Source of the DNA: an uncultured Actinomycetes bacterium
GTDB taxonomy: Bacteria; Actinomycetota; UBA4738; JBBDHU01
DNA: 64,000 nt
Direction: 5' to 3'
NCBI GenBank assembly: GCA_964640385.1
Contig: CAZXFL010000003.1
Location: 100,725 to 164,724 of the forward strand
Of the stretch, positions 29,782 through 39,258 are shown one piece after another. Position numbers and translations under genes: made by a program. The notes under the pieces are model-generated. The model ran no database searches and had not been told where the DNA came from. It saw nothing but the letters and a program-made list of their open reading frames with translations. The stretch's first letter is position 1. Every line of letters begins with the position of its first letter.

Positions 29782-31043
29782 GGTGCCACCTCCTGGAGCG
29801 GCGGGAAGGGCTCCGCTGCGTCGTTATCGTTGAGGAGCGGCTCGTCCTGCCGGACCCACGCGATGACGCAGGCGACCAGGATCGCCGCCCGGACGACGAC
29901 AGCGATCTCGAACGCGCCGAAGCCCACGTGTTCGGCGAAGCCGCCGGTGTCCGTGAAGTTGCCGAACCACCAGAACCGCGTCGCGAAGACGGCGATGTCC
30001 GCTGCCTCGAACAGCGCGAACAGCCGCCAGTTGGGTAATGCCAGCGCGAACCACGGCAGCAGCCAGAGTCCGTACTGCGGCGAGTACACCTTGTTGGTCA
30101 GCAGGAACAGCACGATCAACGGGAAGCCCAGCGTCCATTGGGGGAAGTCGGGGAAGCGGCGCGCGCGCAGGTGCCAGACGAGCGCGGACAGGCCGACGAA
30201 CAGGAGCGCCGACCCGAGGTTCACCAACGGCGTCATCCTCTCAGGACACGAGAGGTCCCCGGTGATCCGATGGCACCCGATGAACCACAGGCTGTCCCAG
30301 TCGGGCTGGCGCCCGGAGTTGAAGCTGAAGAAGCGGAGCCATCCGGACGTCGCCAGCAGCGCGAACGGGACGTTGAGCAGGAGCCAAGCGCCCGCCGCTC
30401 CCCACGCGAGGTGGATCCCGCCGTCGGGGTCCTTGCGGCGGAAGCGTCCTGCCACGAAGGGGACGACGAGCAGCAGCGGGTATAGCTTCGCGGCGCCGCC
30501 GAGACCGAGCATCACGCCCGACCAGGCATCGCGGCGCCGCAGGTACAGCAGGGTGCCGACCGCGGCGAACGCGACCGCGATCAGGTCCCAGTTCGTGAAC
30601 GCGTAGATCGCGAGCGTCGGTGCCAGCGCGAAGAACAGGGCGCGCCGGCCGACGGCCATGTACAGGGCGACGGCGGTCACGACGGCTGCCGCAGCCAGCA
30701 GGAACGCGTTGAACGCGAAGAAGGAGAGGGCGTCGTCCGCCGGCCAGGCGGCCACGCGCATCACCCACATCGTCAGGACCGGGTACTCGTCGCACTGGCC
30801 TTCGCCCGCCGGACATGGCTCCAGGAAGGGGAGGCGTCCGCCCTCGAGGTGCTCGGTGCCGTAGAGGGGGACGAGGTCCGTGTAGCACAGGAGCCGGTAC
30901 TGTCGGCCGTCGCTCCAGTTCCCCGATGCGCACGGCGCCTTCATGACCAGGCCGACGGCCAGCGTTCCGAACAGGGCAAGCAGGATGAGCGTCAGCGAGG
31001 TCGTGCGGGCGGCGGGAGCGCCTCGGTCGGGCGCTCCGGTCAT
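29778..31043 (-). CDS. GT87/DUF2029-family polyprenol-phosphate-sugar-dependent glycosyltransferase (MptA/MptB/PimE-like)
   Basis: Polytopic membrane protein with the DUF2029 signature GGAAKLYPLLLVVPF. Its start overlaps the upstream response-regulator stop (ATGA). The 633-aa ORF in the track is an over-extension. Confidence 0.65.
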   Translation of the reverse strand: MTGAPDRGAPAARTTSLTLILLALFGTLAVGLVMKAPCASGNWSDGRQYRLLCYTDLVPLYGTEHLEGGRLPFLEPCPAGEGQCDEYPVLTMWVMRVAAWPADDALSFFAFNAFLLAAAAVVTAVALYMAVGRRALFFALAPTLAIYAFTNWDLIAVAFAAVGTLLYLRRRDAWSGVMLGLGGAAKLYPLLLVVPFVAGRFRRKDPDGGIHLAWGAAGAWLLLNVPFALLATSGWLRFFSFNSGRQPDWDSLWFIGCHRITGDLSCPERMTPLVNLGSALLFVGLSALVWHLRARRFPDFPQWTLGFPLIVLFLLTNKVYSPQYGLWLLPWFALALPNWRLFALFEAADIAVFATRFWWFGNFTDTGGFAEHVGFGAFEIAVVVRAAILVACVIAWVRQDEPLLNDNDAAEPFPPLQEVAP

Positions 31044-31720
31044 ACGGTGATCGCGCCGTTCTTGACGGCGAGCGCGACGGCTTCCAGCTTCGAGTGCACG
31101 TCGAGCTTGGCCAGGATGTTGCGGATGTGGGTCTGGACCGTCTGCGGGCTGATCTTGAGCCGCCGGGCGATGGCGTCGTTGCGGGCGCCGGCGGCAAGGC
31201 GTTGGAGGATCTCGAATTCGCGGTCGGTGAGGGTGCTCAGGCGCTGGGTCGCGTCTCGCCGGGCCTGGCGCTGGCCGGCCACCTGATGCAGCAGGCGGGT
31301 CAGCGTCGACGGGTCGATCAGGACCTCGCCGTCGGCCGCGGCTTTGATCGCGGAGAGCACGTCGGCGGCGGCCTCGGTCTTGGTCATGAATCCTGAGGCG
31401 CCGGCTTCGACCGCCTCGAGCATGAGGCCCTCGTCCTCGTGGGCGGTCATGATGATGACCTTGGTCTCGGGTGACGCGGTCTTGATCCGGCGCGTCGCCT
31501 CGATCCCGTTCATCGCTCCGCGGAACTTCACGTCCATCAGCACCACGTCCGGGTGGTGCTCGCCCGAAAGGCGGACGGCCTCGTCGGGGGTGTGGACCGG
31601 ACGTGCCGGCATCTCCAGGGCCGGGTCTCGGTCGATGACCATGGCGAGCGCGTCCGTAAGGATCTTGTGGTCGTCGCACACGAGCAGGATGATCGGCCGC
31701 GCGGGCGCTTGCGGTACCAC
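31040..31720 (-). CDS. two-component response regulator, NarL/LuxR family
   Basis: REC (IILLVCDDHKIL...VVLMDVKFRGAMNG) and LuxR HTH (LTDREFEILQRLAAGARNDAIARRLKISPQTVQTHIRNILAKL). GTG start overlaps the kinase's TAG stop by 1 nt. Confidence 0.85.
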   Translation of the reverse strand: MVPQAPARPIILLVCDDHKILTDALAMVIDRDPALEMPARPVHTPDEAVRLSGEHHPDVVLMDVKFRGAMNGIEATRRIKTASPETKVIIMTAHEDEGLMLEAVEAGASGFMTKTEAAADVLSAIKAAADGEVLIDPSTLTRLLHQVAGQRQARRDATQRLSTLTDREFEILQRLAAGARNDAIARRLKISPQTVQTHIRNILAKLDVHSKLEAVALAVKNGAITV

Positions 31721-32414
31721 TATCGGTCTCCCTCCAGGGGCAGCGTGAACGCGAGCATCGTACCGCTCTCCGGATGCGCCTCCATGCGCAACGTGCCCCC
31801 CTGGGCGGTGACGTGCGCGCGCGCGAGGTAGAGCCCGAGCCCGGCCCCGCGGACCTCTTCGTAGCCCCTCGGCCGCACGGTGGTGAACGGCTCGAACGCT
31901 CGCTCCATGTCTTCCGGCCACAGACCCGGACCCTCGCTCGTGACCTCGACGCCGACCCGTCCGTCGCCGTCGACGCCGGCGCGCAGCTCGATCGTCGAGT
32001 CGGCAGGCGAGTACCGTTCCGCGTTGTCGATCAGTTCCCCGATCACCGCTTTCGTCCACATCGGGTCGCACAGCGCGGTGAGGCCGGCTGCCACCTCAGC
32101 CTTCACGCGGTCATGCCCGGCCGCCGCCTCGTCGACGATCGTGTCGAGCTCGCTCGCGATGATCACGTAGTTGAGGTTTCCCGCCTCCAGCTCCATGAGC
32201 AGGTAGGTCCGCTCGACGAGCCGGTCGAGCCGGTCCGATTCTTGGTCGATCAGCTGGAACAGTTCGCGGCGCTCGTCGTCGGAGAGTGAGTCGTACAGGC
32301 GGTTGCCCGTCGTTGCGAGGCCCTTGATCCCCATGAGCGGGTTCTTCAGTTCATGGGCGATCTGTGAGGCGAGGGTCGGTCCCGGCTCGGGCCGGGCGTG
32401 GTCTTCACTCACGA
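31720..32414 (-). CDS. histidine kinase (HisKA + HATPase_c), no membrane sensor domain
   Basis: H-box IAHELKNPLMGIKG. HATPase motifs (ELIDNAERYSP; GPGLWPEDMERAFEPF; GAGLGLYLARAHV). The ORF track's 5' extension would overlap panB, so a GTG start at 32414 is proposed. Confidence 0.65.
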
Positions 32415-32443
32415 TGGCTGTGAGTGTATGCCTCGGGGCTCCG

Positions 32444-33238
32444 CTACCGATAGGAGTGGTCGGCGTCCGGGAAGGTCCCCTGCTCGACGTCCCGCGCGAA
32501 GGCCGTGACCGCTCGGGTGATCTCTCCCGCGAGGTCGGCGTAGGGCCGGACGAACTTCGGCGGTGCCTGCTCGTCGTCCAGACCGAGCAGGTCGGTGAGG
32601 GCCAGCACCTGGCCGTCGGTGTGGGGACCGGCGCCGATGCCGATGGTCGGGATCGACACGGACTGCGTGATCTGCTTGCCCACGTCGATCGGAACGCCTT
32701 CGAGGACCAGCGCGAAGATCCCCGTCTTCTCCAGGGACAGCGCATCGTCCAGCAGGCGGGACGCGCCTTCCTCGCTGCGGCCCTGAACCCGGTAGCCACC
32801 CATGGCATGGATGGATTGTGGGGTCAGCCCGAGGTGGCCCATCACGGGGATGCCGCGTTCGGTCAGGGCCGAGGCGAGTTCTTGCATCGGGCCTTCGAAC
32901 TTGACCGCATGGGCCCCACCCTCCTTGATGAACCGGCCAGCGTTGTGGATCGCCTCATCCGTCGAGGCCTGATAGGACATGAACGGCATGTCCCCGACGA
33001 CAAGCGCGTTCCGGGCACCGCGCGTTACCGCACGCGTGTGGTGGAGCATCTCCTCCATAGTGACGGGCAGGGTGGTCTCATAACCCAGCACGGTGTTGGC
33101 GAGCGAATCCCCGATCAGCAGGACCGGGATCCCGGCCCGGTCGAGGAGCCTTCCGGTCGGGTAGTCGTAGGCGGTGAGCATGGGGAACCGCCTCCCGGCG
33201 GCCTTCCATGCGCGCAGATCGTGAACGGTGACGGTCAT
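32444..33238 (-). CDS. panB: 3-methyl-2-oxobutanoate hydroxymethyltransferase
   Basis: Full-length match to the PanB family (LTAYDYPTGRLLDRAGIPVLLIGDSLANTVLGYETTLPVTMEEM...GGAHAVKFEG). Confidence 0.9.
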   Translation of the reverse strand: MTVTVHDLRAWKAAGRRFPMLTAYDYPTGRLLDRAGIPVLLIGDSLANTVLGYETTLPVTMEEMLHHTRAVTRGARNALVVGDMPFMSYQASTDEAIHNAGRFIKEGGAHAVKFEGPMQELASALTERGIPVMGHLGLTPQSIHAMGGYRVQGRSEEGASRLLDDALSLEKTGIFALVLEGVPIDVGKQITQSVSIPTIGIGAGPHTDGQVLALTDLLGLDDEQAPPKFVRPYADLAGEITRAVTAFARDVEQGTFPDADHSYR

Positions 33239-33311
33239 GTCGGCTCGCGCCTCCTTATGGTCGAGTGCACGGCTCCCGTCAGTCTAGCGCGGGCCCGGGG
33301 AAGGGGATAGC

Positions 33312-33692
33312 ATGCTTCCGATGAAGCGGATCTCCACGATCGTCGGCCTCGCGCTCGTCGCGGTCTTGGCGCTCTCCGCGTGCGCCTCGAAGGTCGAGCA
33401 GGATCTGAACGCGTTGGATGAGGCGCAGGCGACCGGTGGCAACATCCTCCTCCAGCAGGCGGCGGTCACCGCGTCCAACTGGTACGCCTCGAACGGCAGC
33501 TACTCCGGCTTCAACGCCGCGACCGCCAAGAGCCTGGAGCCCGCGCTGAAGTGGGTGGACGGCGGGAGTCCCGAGGTCGGGGTCGTCACGATTGAGAGCC
33601 CGTCCGCCTCGAGCGTTCAGCTCCTGACCTCGGACGATTCCGGCGGATCCGTTTGTGTCCAGCTCAACGAAGGGGGCGACACGCCCTGCTGA
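33312..33692 (+). CDS. lipoprotein, function unknown
   Basis: Lipobox (LALVAVLALSACAS). Confidence 0.5.
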   Translation: MLPMKRISTIVGLALVAVLALSACASKVEQDLNALDEAQATGGNILLQQAAVTASNWYASNGSYSGFNAATAKSLEPALKWVDGGSPEVGVVTIESPSASSVQLLTSDDSGGSVCVQLNEGGDTPC

Positions 33693-33814
33693 GCCTCCTC
33701 CGTCGCACGGCGGTGGCGTTCGTGTCAGACCCCCCTGCTAGTCTCGCGCTTGTTACACTCTCTCGGTCCACTCCTGCTCCTTCGGGGGCCGCGTGAGACC
33801 AGAGGAGGTCGGAT

Positions 33815-34126
33815 TTGAGGGCATACGAGATCATGTTGATCCTGCCCGGTGACGCCGATGAGGCGGCCGCCGGCCAGGTCATCGACCGCATCACCCAGGT
33901 GCTCGGCGACCAGGGGTCCGTCGGCAAAGTCGACCAGTGGGGTCGCCGCCGGCTCGCCTACGAGATCGCCGGCAACACCGAGGGCTACTACGTGGTCGCC
34001 CGGTTCGAAGCCGATCCGACCGTGCTCAAGGAGCTGGACCGTACGCTCTCCCTCGCGGACCAGGTCATCAGGTTCAAAGTCATGGCGAAGGTCGCCGCGA
34101 AGGTAGCTTCCCCCTCCCCGTCATAG
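33815..34126 (+). CDS. rpsF: 30S ribosomal protein S6
   Basis: MRAYEIMLILPGD...RRLAYEI..GYYV. Confidence 0.9.
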   Translation: MRAYEIMLILPGDADEAAAGQVIDRITQVLGDQGSVGKVDQWGRRRLAYEIAGNTEGYYVVARFEADPTVLKELDRTLSLADQVIRFKVMAKVAAKVASPSPS

Positions 34127-34174
34127 GCCATCAGGAACGGGGAGCGGAGCAGCACAGAGAAGGTGGTGGTGGAG

Positions 34175-34654
34175 ATGGCCAGCGACAACCAGATCACGAT
34201 CGTGGGGAACCTGACCGACGATCCCGAACTCAAGTACACGCCCAACGGGGCGGCGGTTGCCAACTTCAGCGTGGCCGTCAGTCGCCGGGTCAAGGACGAG
34301 GTGAGCGGTCAGTGGACCGACGCCGATACGTCCTTCTTCCGGGTGAACTGCTGGCGGGCCCTGGCCGAGAACGCCGCCGAGTCGCTCACGCGGGGCACGC
34401 GGGTCGTCGTTTCCGGGCGGCTCAAGCAGCGCTCGTGGGAGACCCAGGAGGGCGATAAGCGCTCGGTCGTCGAGATCGAGGCCGATGAACTCGGACCCAG
34501 CCTCAAGTGGGCCACGGCCCGGGTGGAGAAGACGTCCCGCAGCGGCAGCAACAGTGCAGCCGGTGGCGGCGGTGGCGGCGGTGGCGGCGGTGACTGGTCG
34601 GCCGGTACGCCGATCGGTGCCGGAGTCGGAACAGAAGAGGAGCCTCCCGTCTGA
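34175..34654 (+). CDS. ssb: single-stranded DNA-binding protein
   Basis: OB-fold start [34 protein letters not shown]. Gly-rich linker and an acidic tail. Confidence 0.9.
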   Translation: MASDNQITIVGNLTDDPELKYTPNGAAVANFSVAVSRRVKDEVSGQWTDADTSFFRVNCWRALAENAAESLTRGTRVVVSGRLKQRSWETQEGDKRSVVEIEADELGPSLKWATARVEKTSRSGSNSAAGGGGGGGGGGDWSAGTPIGAGVGTEEEPPV

Positions 34655-34929
34655 TGGCAGGAAAAACCAAGAAGCGGCCCGCTGGCAAGGGCAAGAAGGA
34701 ACGCGAAGAGAAGGCATGGAAGAAACAGAAGCGCAAGGTCTGCATCTTCTGCGTCGAGCGCATCGAGCTGGACTGGAAGGACATCAACCTGCTGCGCAAG
34801 TTCGCGTCCGACCGGGGCAAGATGCGCGCGCGCCGGGTCACCGGGAACTGCCGGCAGCACCAGATCGACGTGGCCATGGCGATCAAGAACGCTCGCGAGA
34901 TGGCCCTGATGCCTTACAGCTCCCGATGA
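34654..34929 (+). CDS. rpsR: 30S ribosomal protein S18
   Basis: [43 protein letters not shown]. Confidence 0.9.
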   Translation: MAGKTKKRPAGKGKKEREEKAWKKQKRKVCIFCVERIELDWKDINLLRKFASDRGKMRARRVTGNCRQHQIDVAMAIKNAREMALMPYSSR

Positions 34930-35381
34930 AGATCGTCCTGCAGAAGCCCGTCGAGAAGCTCGGCGTGCCCGGGGACGTCGTCGAGGTTAAGGATGGCTAT
35001 GCCCGCAACTTCCTGTTCCCCCGCGGGCTGGCCGTCCAGGCCTCCAAGGGCACTGTCCGCCACGCCGAGAGCCTCCGGGCGGCGCAGGACCGCCGGTCGA
35101 CCAAGTCCAAGGCCGCGGCCGAGGATCTGGCCGGCACCCTCAAGTCGCTGCCGATCCTGATCCGGATGAAGGCGGGCGAGGACGGGAAGCTGTTCGGCTC
35201 GGTCACCACGGCCGACATCGCCGCCGAGATCGAGGCTGCCGCTGCCGATGGGACCCCCATCGACAAACACTGGGTCCAGATCGACGAGCCCATCAGGTCA
35301 ACGGGTGCTCACCCCGTGACACTCAAGCTGCATCCCGAGGTCGAGGTCGAAGTGACCATCGAGGTGCAGGCCGAGGCCTAG
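34926..35381 (+). CDS. rplI: 50S ribosomal protein L9
   Basis: [40 protein letters not shown] overlap with the rpsR stop. Confidence 0.9.
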   Translation: MKIVLQKPVEKLGVPGDVVEVKDGYARNFLFPRGLAVQASKGTVRHAESLRAAQDRRSTKSKAAAEDLAGTLKSLPILIRMKAGEDGKLFGSVTTADIAAEIEAAAADGTPIDKHWVQIDEPIRSTGAHPVTLKLHPEVEVEVTIEVQAEA

Positions 35382-35901
35382 GCCCTAGCGGGGACGGGGT
35401 CCTCGTGCGCGCTGCTCGGATCCCTTCGCTCCCGCTCGGGACCTCGTCGACGCTCGCACGAGTCCCCGCCCCCTGCCGTCACCAGCCTGCGGGCGCACCC
35501 GTTCCGCACCGTGGCCTTGGGAGCCAGAACCTGTCCGTTCCTCCGGGAATCGATCCATGGCTGTAAGGCGCGGTCGGTCGCCTGCTTTCTGGCCGTGACG
35601 GGGTCGGTGAATGCCGCATCCCTGTCCGAGGACGTACACCTCGCCCGAACGGCAGGGTGCAGTTCCCATGGCCGGGCCTTCGTCCCGAAAATGTCAGTGG
35701 TGGGAATTACAATCGTGCCATTCGGTGTTATGCACCGTTTTCCACCGGTTGTCCCAACGCCAAAACCGCAGGTGGGTAAGGGAATGACAGGAAAGTTCGA
35801 GATGCGACCTGGGGAAAGAGTTCTCCACACCCGAATCCCCTCGCTTTCCCATTCCCAGGCGGGGGGCGCGGGGCCTACCCTGCGGGTTCCGTCGACGGGG
35901 G

Positions 35902-38580
35902 GTGTGGTGGTTGGCGCTGGTCGCTGAGGATCCCCGGCGGATCCGTCCAGATCGGATACCGCCACACAACCTGGACGCTGAGGAATCGGTCCTCGGCTCC
36001 ATGATGCTGTCCGGCGAAGCCATCGCTGACGTCGTGTCCCAGCTCAAGGCCGACGACTTCTACCGTTCGGCTAACGGCACCATCTTCAAGGCCATCCTGT
36101 CGATCTACGCCCACGGCTCGCCCGTCGACGCCATCACCGTCGTCGAGGAGCTGAAGCGCGGCGGAAACCTCGAGCAGATCGGGGGTCACCTCTACGTCCA
36201 CGAGCTGGTGCAGAACGTCGCGACCCCGGCCAGCGCGGCTCACTACGCGCGGATCGTCGGGGAACTGGCGCTCCTGCGGCGGATGATCGCGGCGGCCGGC
36301 AGGATCATGGAGCTCGGCTACTCCAACCCCCGCGACCCCGAACGCACAGCAGATGATGCCGAGGACCTCATCTACAAAGTCGCCCGCCACAGCGAGCAGG
36401 ACGAGGTCGTGTCGATGGCGGCGCTCGTCGATGGCGCCATCACCGAACTCGAGAAGTCCCAGCAGCACGATTCGCCGTTCGTCGGGGTCCCCACCGGCTT
36501 CACCGACCTGGACTCGCTGACCGCGGGCCTGCACCCGGGGAACCTGATCGTGATCGCCGCGCGTCCGGGCGTCGGGAAATCCTCCCTCGTGACCAATCTG
36601 GCGCGCAACGTGGCGGTCGCGGCCGGCACCTCCGTCGCCATGTTCTCGCTCGAGATGTCGCGCTGGGAGATCGGCATGCGTCTGCTCTGCGGCGAGGCGA
36701 GGGTCCCCTGGGACAACATCCGCGGCAAGCGGACGAGCCCCGACGACTGGGCCCGCATCGTGGAGGCCGCCGAAGTCCTGAACGAGGCTCCGCTGTTCGT
36801 GGTCGACTCGGGCAACATCAACATCGTGGACATCAGGGCGAAGGCCCGGCGGCTCCGGTCCAAGCCGGGCCTGGGCATGATCATCGTCGACTACCTCCAG
36901 CTCATGTCCTCGCCGGGCCGCGTCGAGTCGCGCCAGCAGGAGATCGCCGAGATCAGCCGGAACCTTAAGCTGCTGGCCAAGGAGATGGAGATCCCGGTCA
37001 TCGCGGTCTCCCAGCTCAACCGCGACCCGGAGCGCCGGCAGGACAAGCGGCCTCAACTCTCGGACCTGCGCGAATGCGTGACCGGCGACACGTTGGTATG
37101 CCTCGCCGACGGGAGCCGGGTTCCGATCCGCGGGTTGGTCGGCTCAACGCCCGAGGTCCTCGCCGTCTCGGCCGAAGGCCGTCTGGTCGTCGCCGGCAGC
37201 GACCGGGTGTGGTCGAAGGGGAACAAACCGGTTTTCGCGGTCCAGACCGCGACCGGACGGATGATGCGGGTGACCGCGCGTCACCGTGTGCTCACCGAAC
37301 GAGGGTGGACGCGGGTACACGACCTGGAGGTGGGTGACCGGCTGGCCCTCGCCCGCAAGATGCCCGAGCCCGCCAACCCGCTCCAGTGGCCGGACGACCA
37401 TGTGATGCTCCTCGCACACCTGATCGCCGCGGCGGATCTGTCGGGCCACCCCGTGGCCTACGGCACCCGCTTCGAGGAGAACGCCCGCGCGGTGACCGCA
37501 GCGGCGCGCCAGAGCTTCGACATCACACCGGAGTGGATCGAGGGCGAGCGGCACGCCGTGTCCTTCGACGGCACGGACCACCCGAACGCGTTCGACGACT
37601 GGTTGAACGGGCTCTCGCTCGCGGGGCGCCGGCGGCCGGAGCTGAGGGTTCCCGGTGACGTCTTCCGTCTGGCGGACGCGCAGATCGCGAGGTTCTTGCG
37701 GCACCTGTGGGCCGACGCGGGCGCCATCGCTCCCGGGGTGGTCGGCGGCGGGATGGCCGACATGTGGTTCTCCGCGACCGGGCGGGGGCTCGCCGAGGAC
37801 GTTGCTGCGCTGCTCTTGCGAGTGGGGGTCGTCGCCCAGCTTCACGACGCCTCGACCGGCGCGGCGGACCGATATGAGGTCGCGGTGGTCGGCGTCGACG
37901 AGCAGGCCCGGTTCCTCGAACGTGTCGGAGCGTTCGGGCCGCTGGTTCCGTCGGCCGAGCAGCTCGCGCTGGTGCTGACCAGCATGGCCGACGTCACGAT
38001 CAGCTCCCTGCCGCGTGAGGTCTTCGACGGCAACGGGAACGGTGCCCACGGCATCTCGTCCCGGATGACGGCGGCCCTGCGAGGGACGACGTCGGGCGGC
38101 GGGGACGCGGGTTCGACGGGCGAGGCGCGTCCGTGGCACCCGAGCCGGACGGGCAAGGCGGGGACCGGAGGCGGTGCCACCGGCGTCGATCCGGACGCAG
38201 CAGCGGACGAGTCGCCCGTTCCGACAGCCGGCGGGCGGGACCTGCTCTGGGACCCGGTCGTATCGGTGGTGATCGACGGCGAGGAGGAGGTCTTCGATCT
38301 CACCGTGCCGGGACCGGCTTCCTGGCTCGCGGACGGTGTCGTGAGCCACAACTCCGGTGCCATCGAGCAGGACGCCGACATCGTCATGTTCATCCACCGC
38401 GAGGATTCCGAGGATCCGCAGGTCAAGGGCACCGCCGACCTGATTATCGCCAAGCACCGCAACGGACCGACCGGCGTCGTGAAACTGACGTTCCTGCCGC
38501 AGCTGACGCAGTTCAAGAACTACGCGCCCCCACAGGCCGTCGGCAACTACCCGCCGCAGTCGCAGCCGACCGGTCCGTGA
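35902..38580 (+). CDS. dnaB: replicative DNA helicase DnaB containing a 426-aa intein
   Basis: N- and C-exteins align with DnaB (Walker A GVGKSS; ...QLSDLRE | SGAIEQDADIVMFIHRED...). The insert begins with Cys and ends with ...VVSHN followed by Ser. Confidence 0.9.
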   Translation: MWWLALVAEDPRRIRPDRIPPHNLDAEESVLGSMMLSGEAIADVVSQLKADDFYRSANGTIFKAILSIYAHGSPVDAITVVEELKRGGNLEQIGGHLYVHELVQNVATPASAAHYARIVGELALLRRMIAAAGRIMELGYSNPRDPERTADDAEDLIYKVARHSEQDEVVSMAALVDGAITELEKSQQHDSPFVGVPTGFTDLDSLTAGLHPGNLIVIAARPGVGKSSLVTNLARNVAVAAGTSVAMFSLEMSRWEIGMRLLCGEARVPWDNIRGKRTSPDDWARIVEAAEVLNEAPLFVVDSGNINIVDIRAKARRLRSKPGLGMIIVDYLQLMSSPGRVESRQQEIAEISRNLKLLAKEMEIPVIAVSQLNRDPERRQDKRPQLSDLRECVTGDTLVCLADGSRVPIRGLVGSTPEVLAVSAEGRLVVAGSDRVWSKGNKPVFAVQTATGRMMRVTARHRVLTERGWTRVHDLEVGDRLALARKMPEPANPLQWPDDHVMLLAHLIAAADLSGHPVAYGTRFEENARAVTAAARQSFDITPEWIEGERHAVSFDGTDHPNAFDDWLNGLSLAGRRRPELRVPGDVFRLADAQIARFLRHLWADAGAIAPGVVGGGMADMWFSATGRGLAEDVAALLLRVGVVAQLHDASTGAADRYEVAVVGVDEQARFLERVGAFGPLVPSAEQLALVLTSMADVTISSLPREVFDGNGNGAHGISSRMTAALRGTTSGGGDAGSTGEARPWHPSRTGKAGTGGGATGVDPDAAADESPVPTAGGRDLLWDPVVSVVIDGEEEVFDLTVPGPASWLADGVVSHNSGAIEQDADIVMFIHREDSEDPQVKGTADLIIAKHRNGPTGVVKLTFLPQLTQFKNYAPPQAVGNYPPQSQPTGP
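37075..38352 (+). other. DnaB intein (splicing domain plus LAGLIDADG-type homing-endonuclease remnant)
   Basis: Intein block A CVTGDTLV. C-terminal HN followed by the +1 Ser. Internal LAGLIDADG-like blocks (LLAHLIAAADLSG; FLRHLWADAGAI). Inserted in the conserved DnaB ATPase H4 site, as in known DnaB-b inteins. Confidence 0.85.
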
Positions 38581-39257
38581 CCGCCGGCGCTGGGGACATC
38601 CCTAACGCCACCGCTCGCCGTGCTCGCGCCATCCTGCGTCGCCTGCGCAAACGGTTCGGCGACCTGGCGCCGCCCCGCAAAGCCGACCCGCTCGACGAAC
38701 TGATCCTGACGGTCCTCTCCCAGCACACCAGCGATCTCAACGCCCAGCGTGCGTTCGGCGAGCTCCGGGCCGCCTACCCAGGGTGGTCCGACGTACTGGC
38801 GGCGCGACCGGAGGCGGTGGCCGGCGTGATCCGAAGCGGCGGGTTGGCCCAGACCAAGGCGCCGCGGATCCAGGCGGTCCTGCGCGAAGTCGAGGACCGC
38901 GAAGGGGGGTTCGAGCTGGGGCGGCTCGGGGGGCTGGACGATGCCGAAGCGCGCGCCTATCTCACCTCGCTCCCGGGTGTGGGCCCGAAGACGGCGGCCG
39001 TCGTCCTGTCCTTCGCGCTGGGCCGGGACGCGCTCCCGGTCGACACCCACGTCCACCGGGTGACGCAACGCCTGGGGATGGTGCCACGAGGGGTCTCGGC
39101 GGAGAAGGCCGATAGGATACTGCACGATCTCGTCCCCGACGGGTTGCGGACGCCGTTGCACGTTGGGCTGATCCGTCTCGGCCGTGAGGTCTGTACGGCG
39201 CGGCGTCCGGCGTGTCCCCGGTGCCCCCTGAACGACCTGTGTCCCAAGTTCCTCTGA
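38577..39257 (+). CDS. nth: endonuclease III-family DNA glycosylase (HhH-GPD with [4Fe-4S] cluster)
   Basis: HhH-GPD motif (LTSLPGVGPKTAAVVLSFALGRDALPVDTHVHRV). C-terminal Cys cluster CTARRPACPRCPLNDLC. GTG overlaps the dnaB stop. Confidence 0.8.
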   Translation: MTAGAGDIPNATARRARAILRRLRKRFGDLAPPRKADPLDELILTVLSQHTSDLNAQRAFGELRAAYPGWSDVLAARPEAVAGVIRSGGLAQTKAPRIQAVLREVEDREGGFELGRLGGLDDAEARAYLTSLPGVGPKTAAVVLSFALGRDALPVDTHVHRVTQRLGMVPRGVSAEKADRILHDLVPDGLRTPLHVGLIRLGREVCTARRPACPRCPLNDLCPKFL

Positions 39258-39258
39258 G

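Noticed and set aside
29778-31679. 633-aa ORF fusing GT87 with upstream sequence
   Set aside because: The upstream 211 aa are antisense or out-of-frame with the response-regulator gene (31040-31720). MTGAPDRG... at 31043 with ATGA coupling is the plausible start.
34540-34600. GGY repeat inside ssb as a possible novel repeat
   Set aside because: This is the usual glycine-rich flexible linker of actinobacterial SSB between the OB-fold and the acidic tail.
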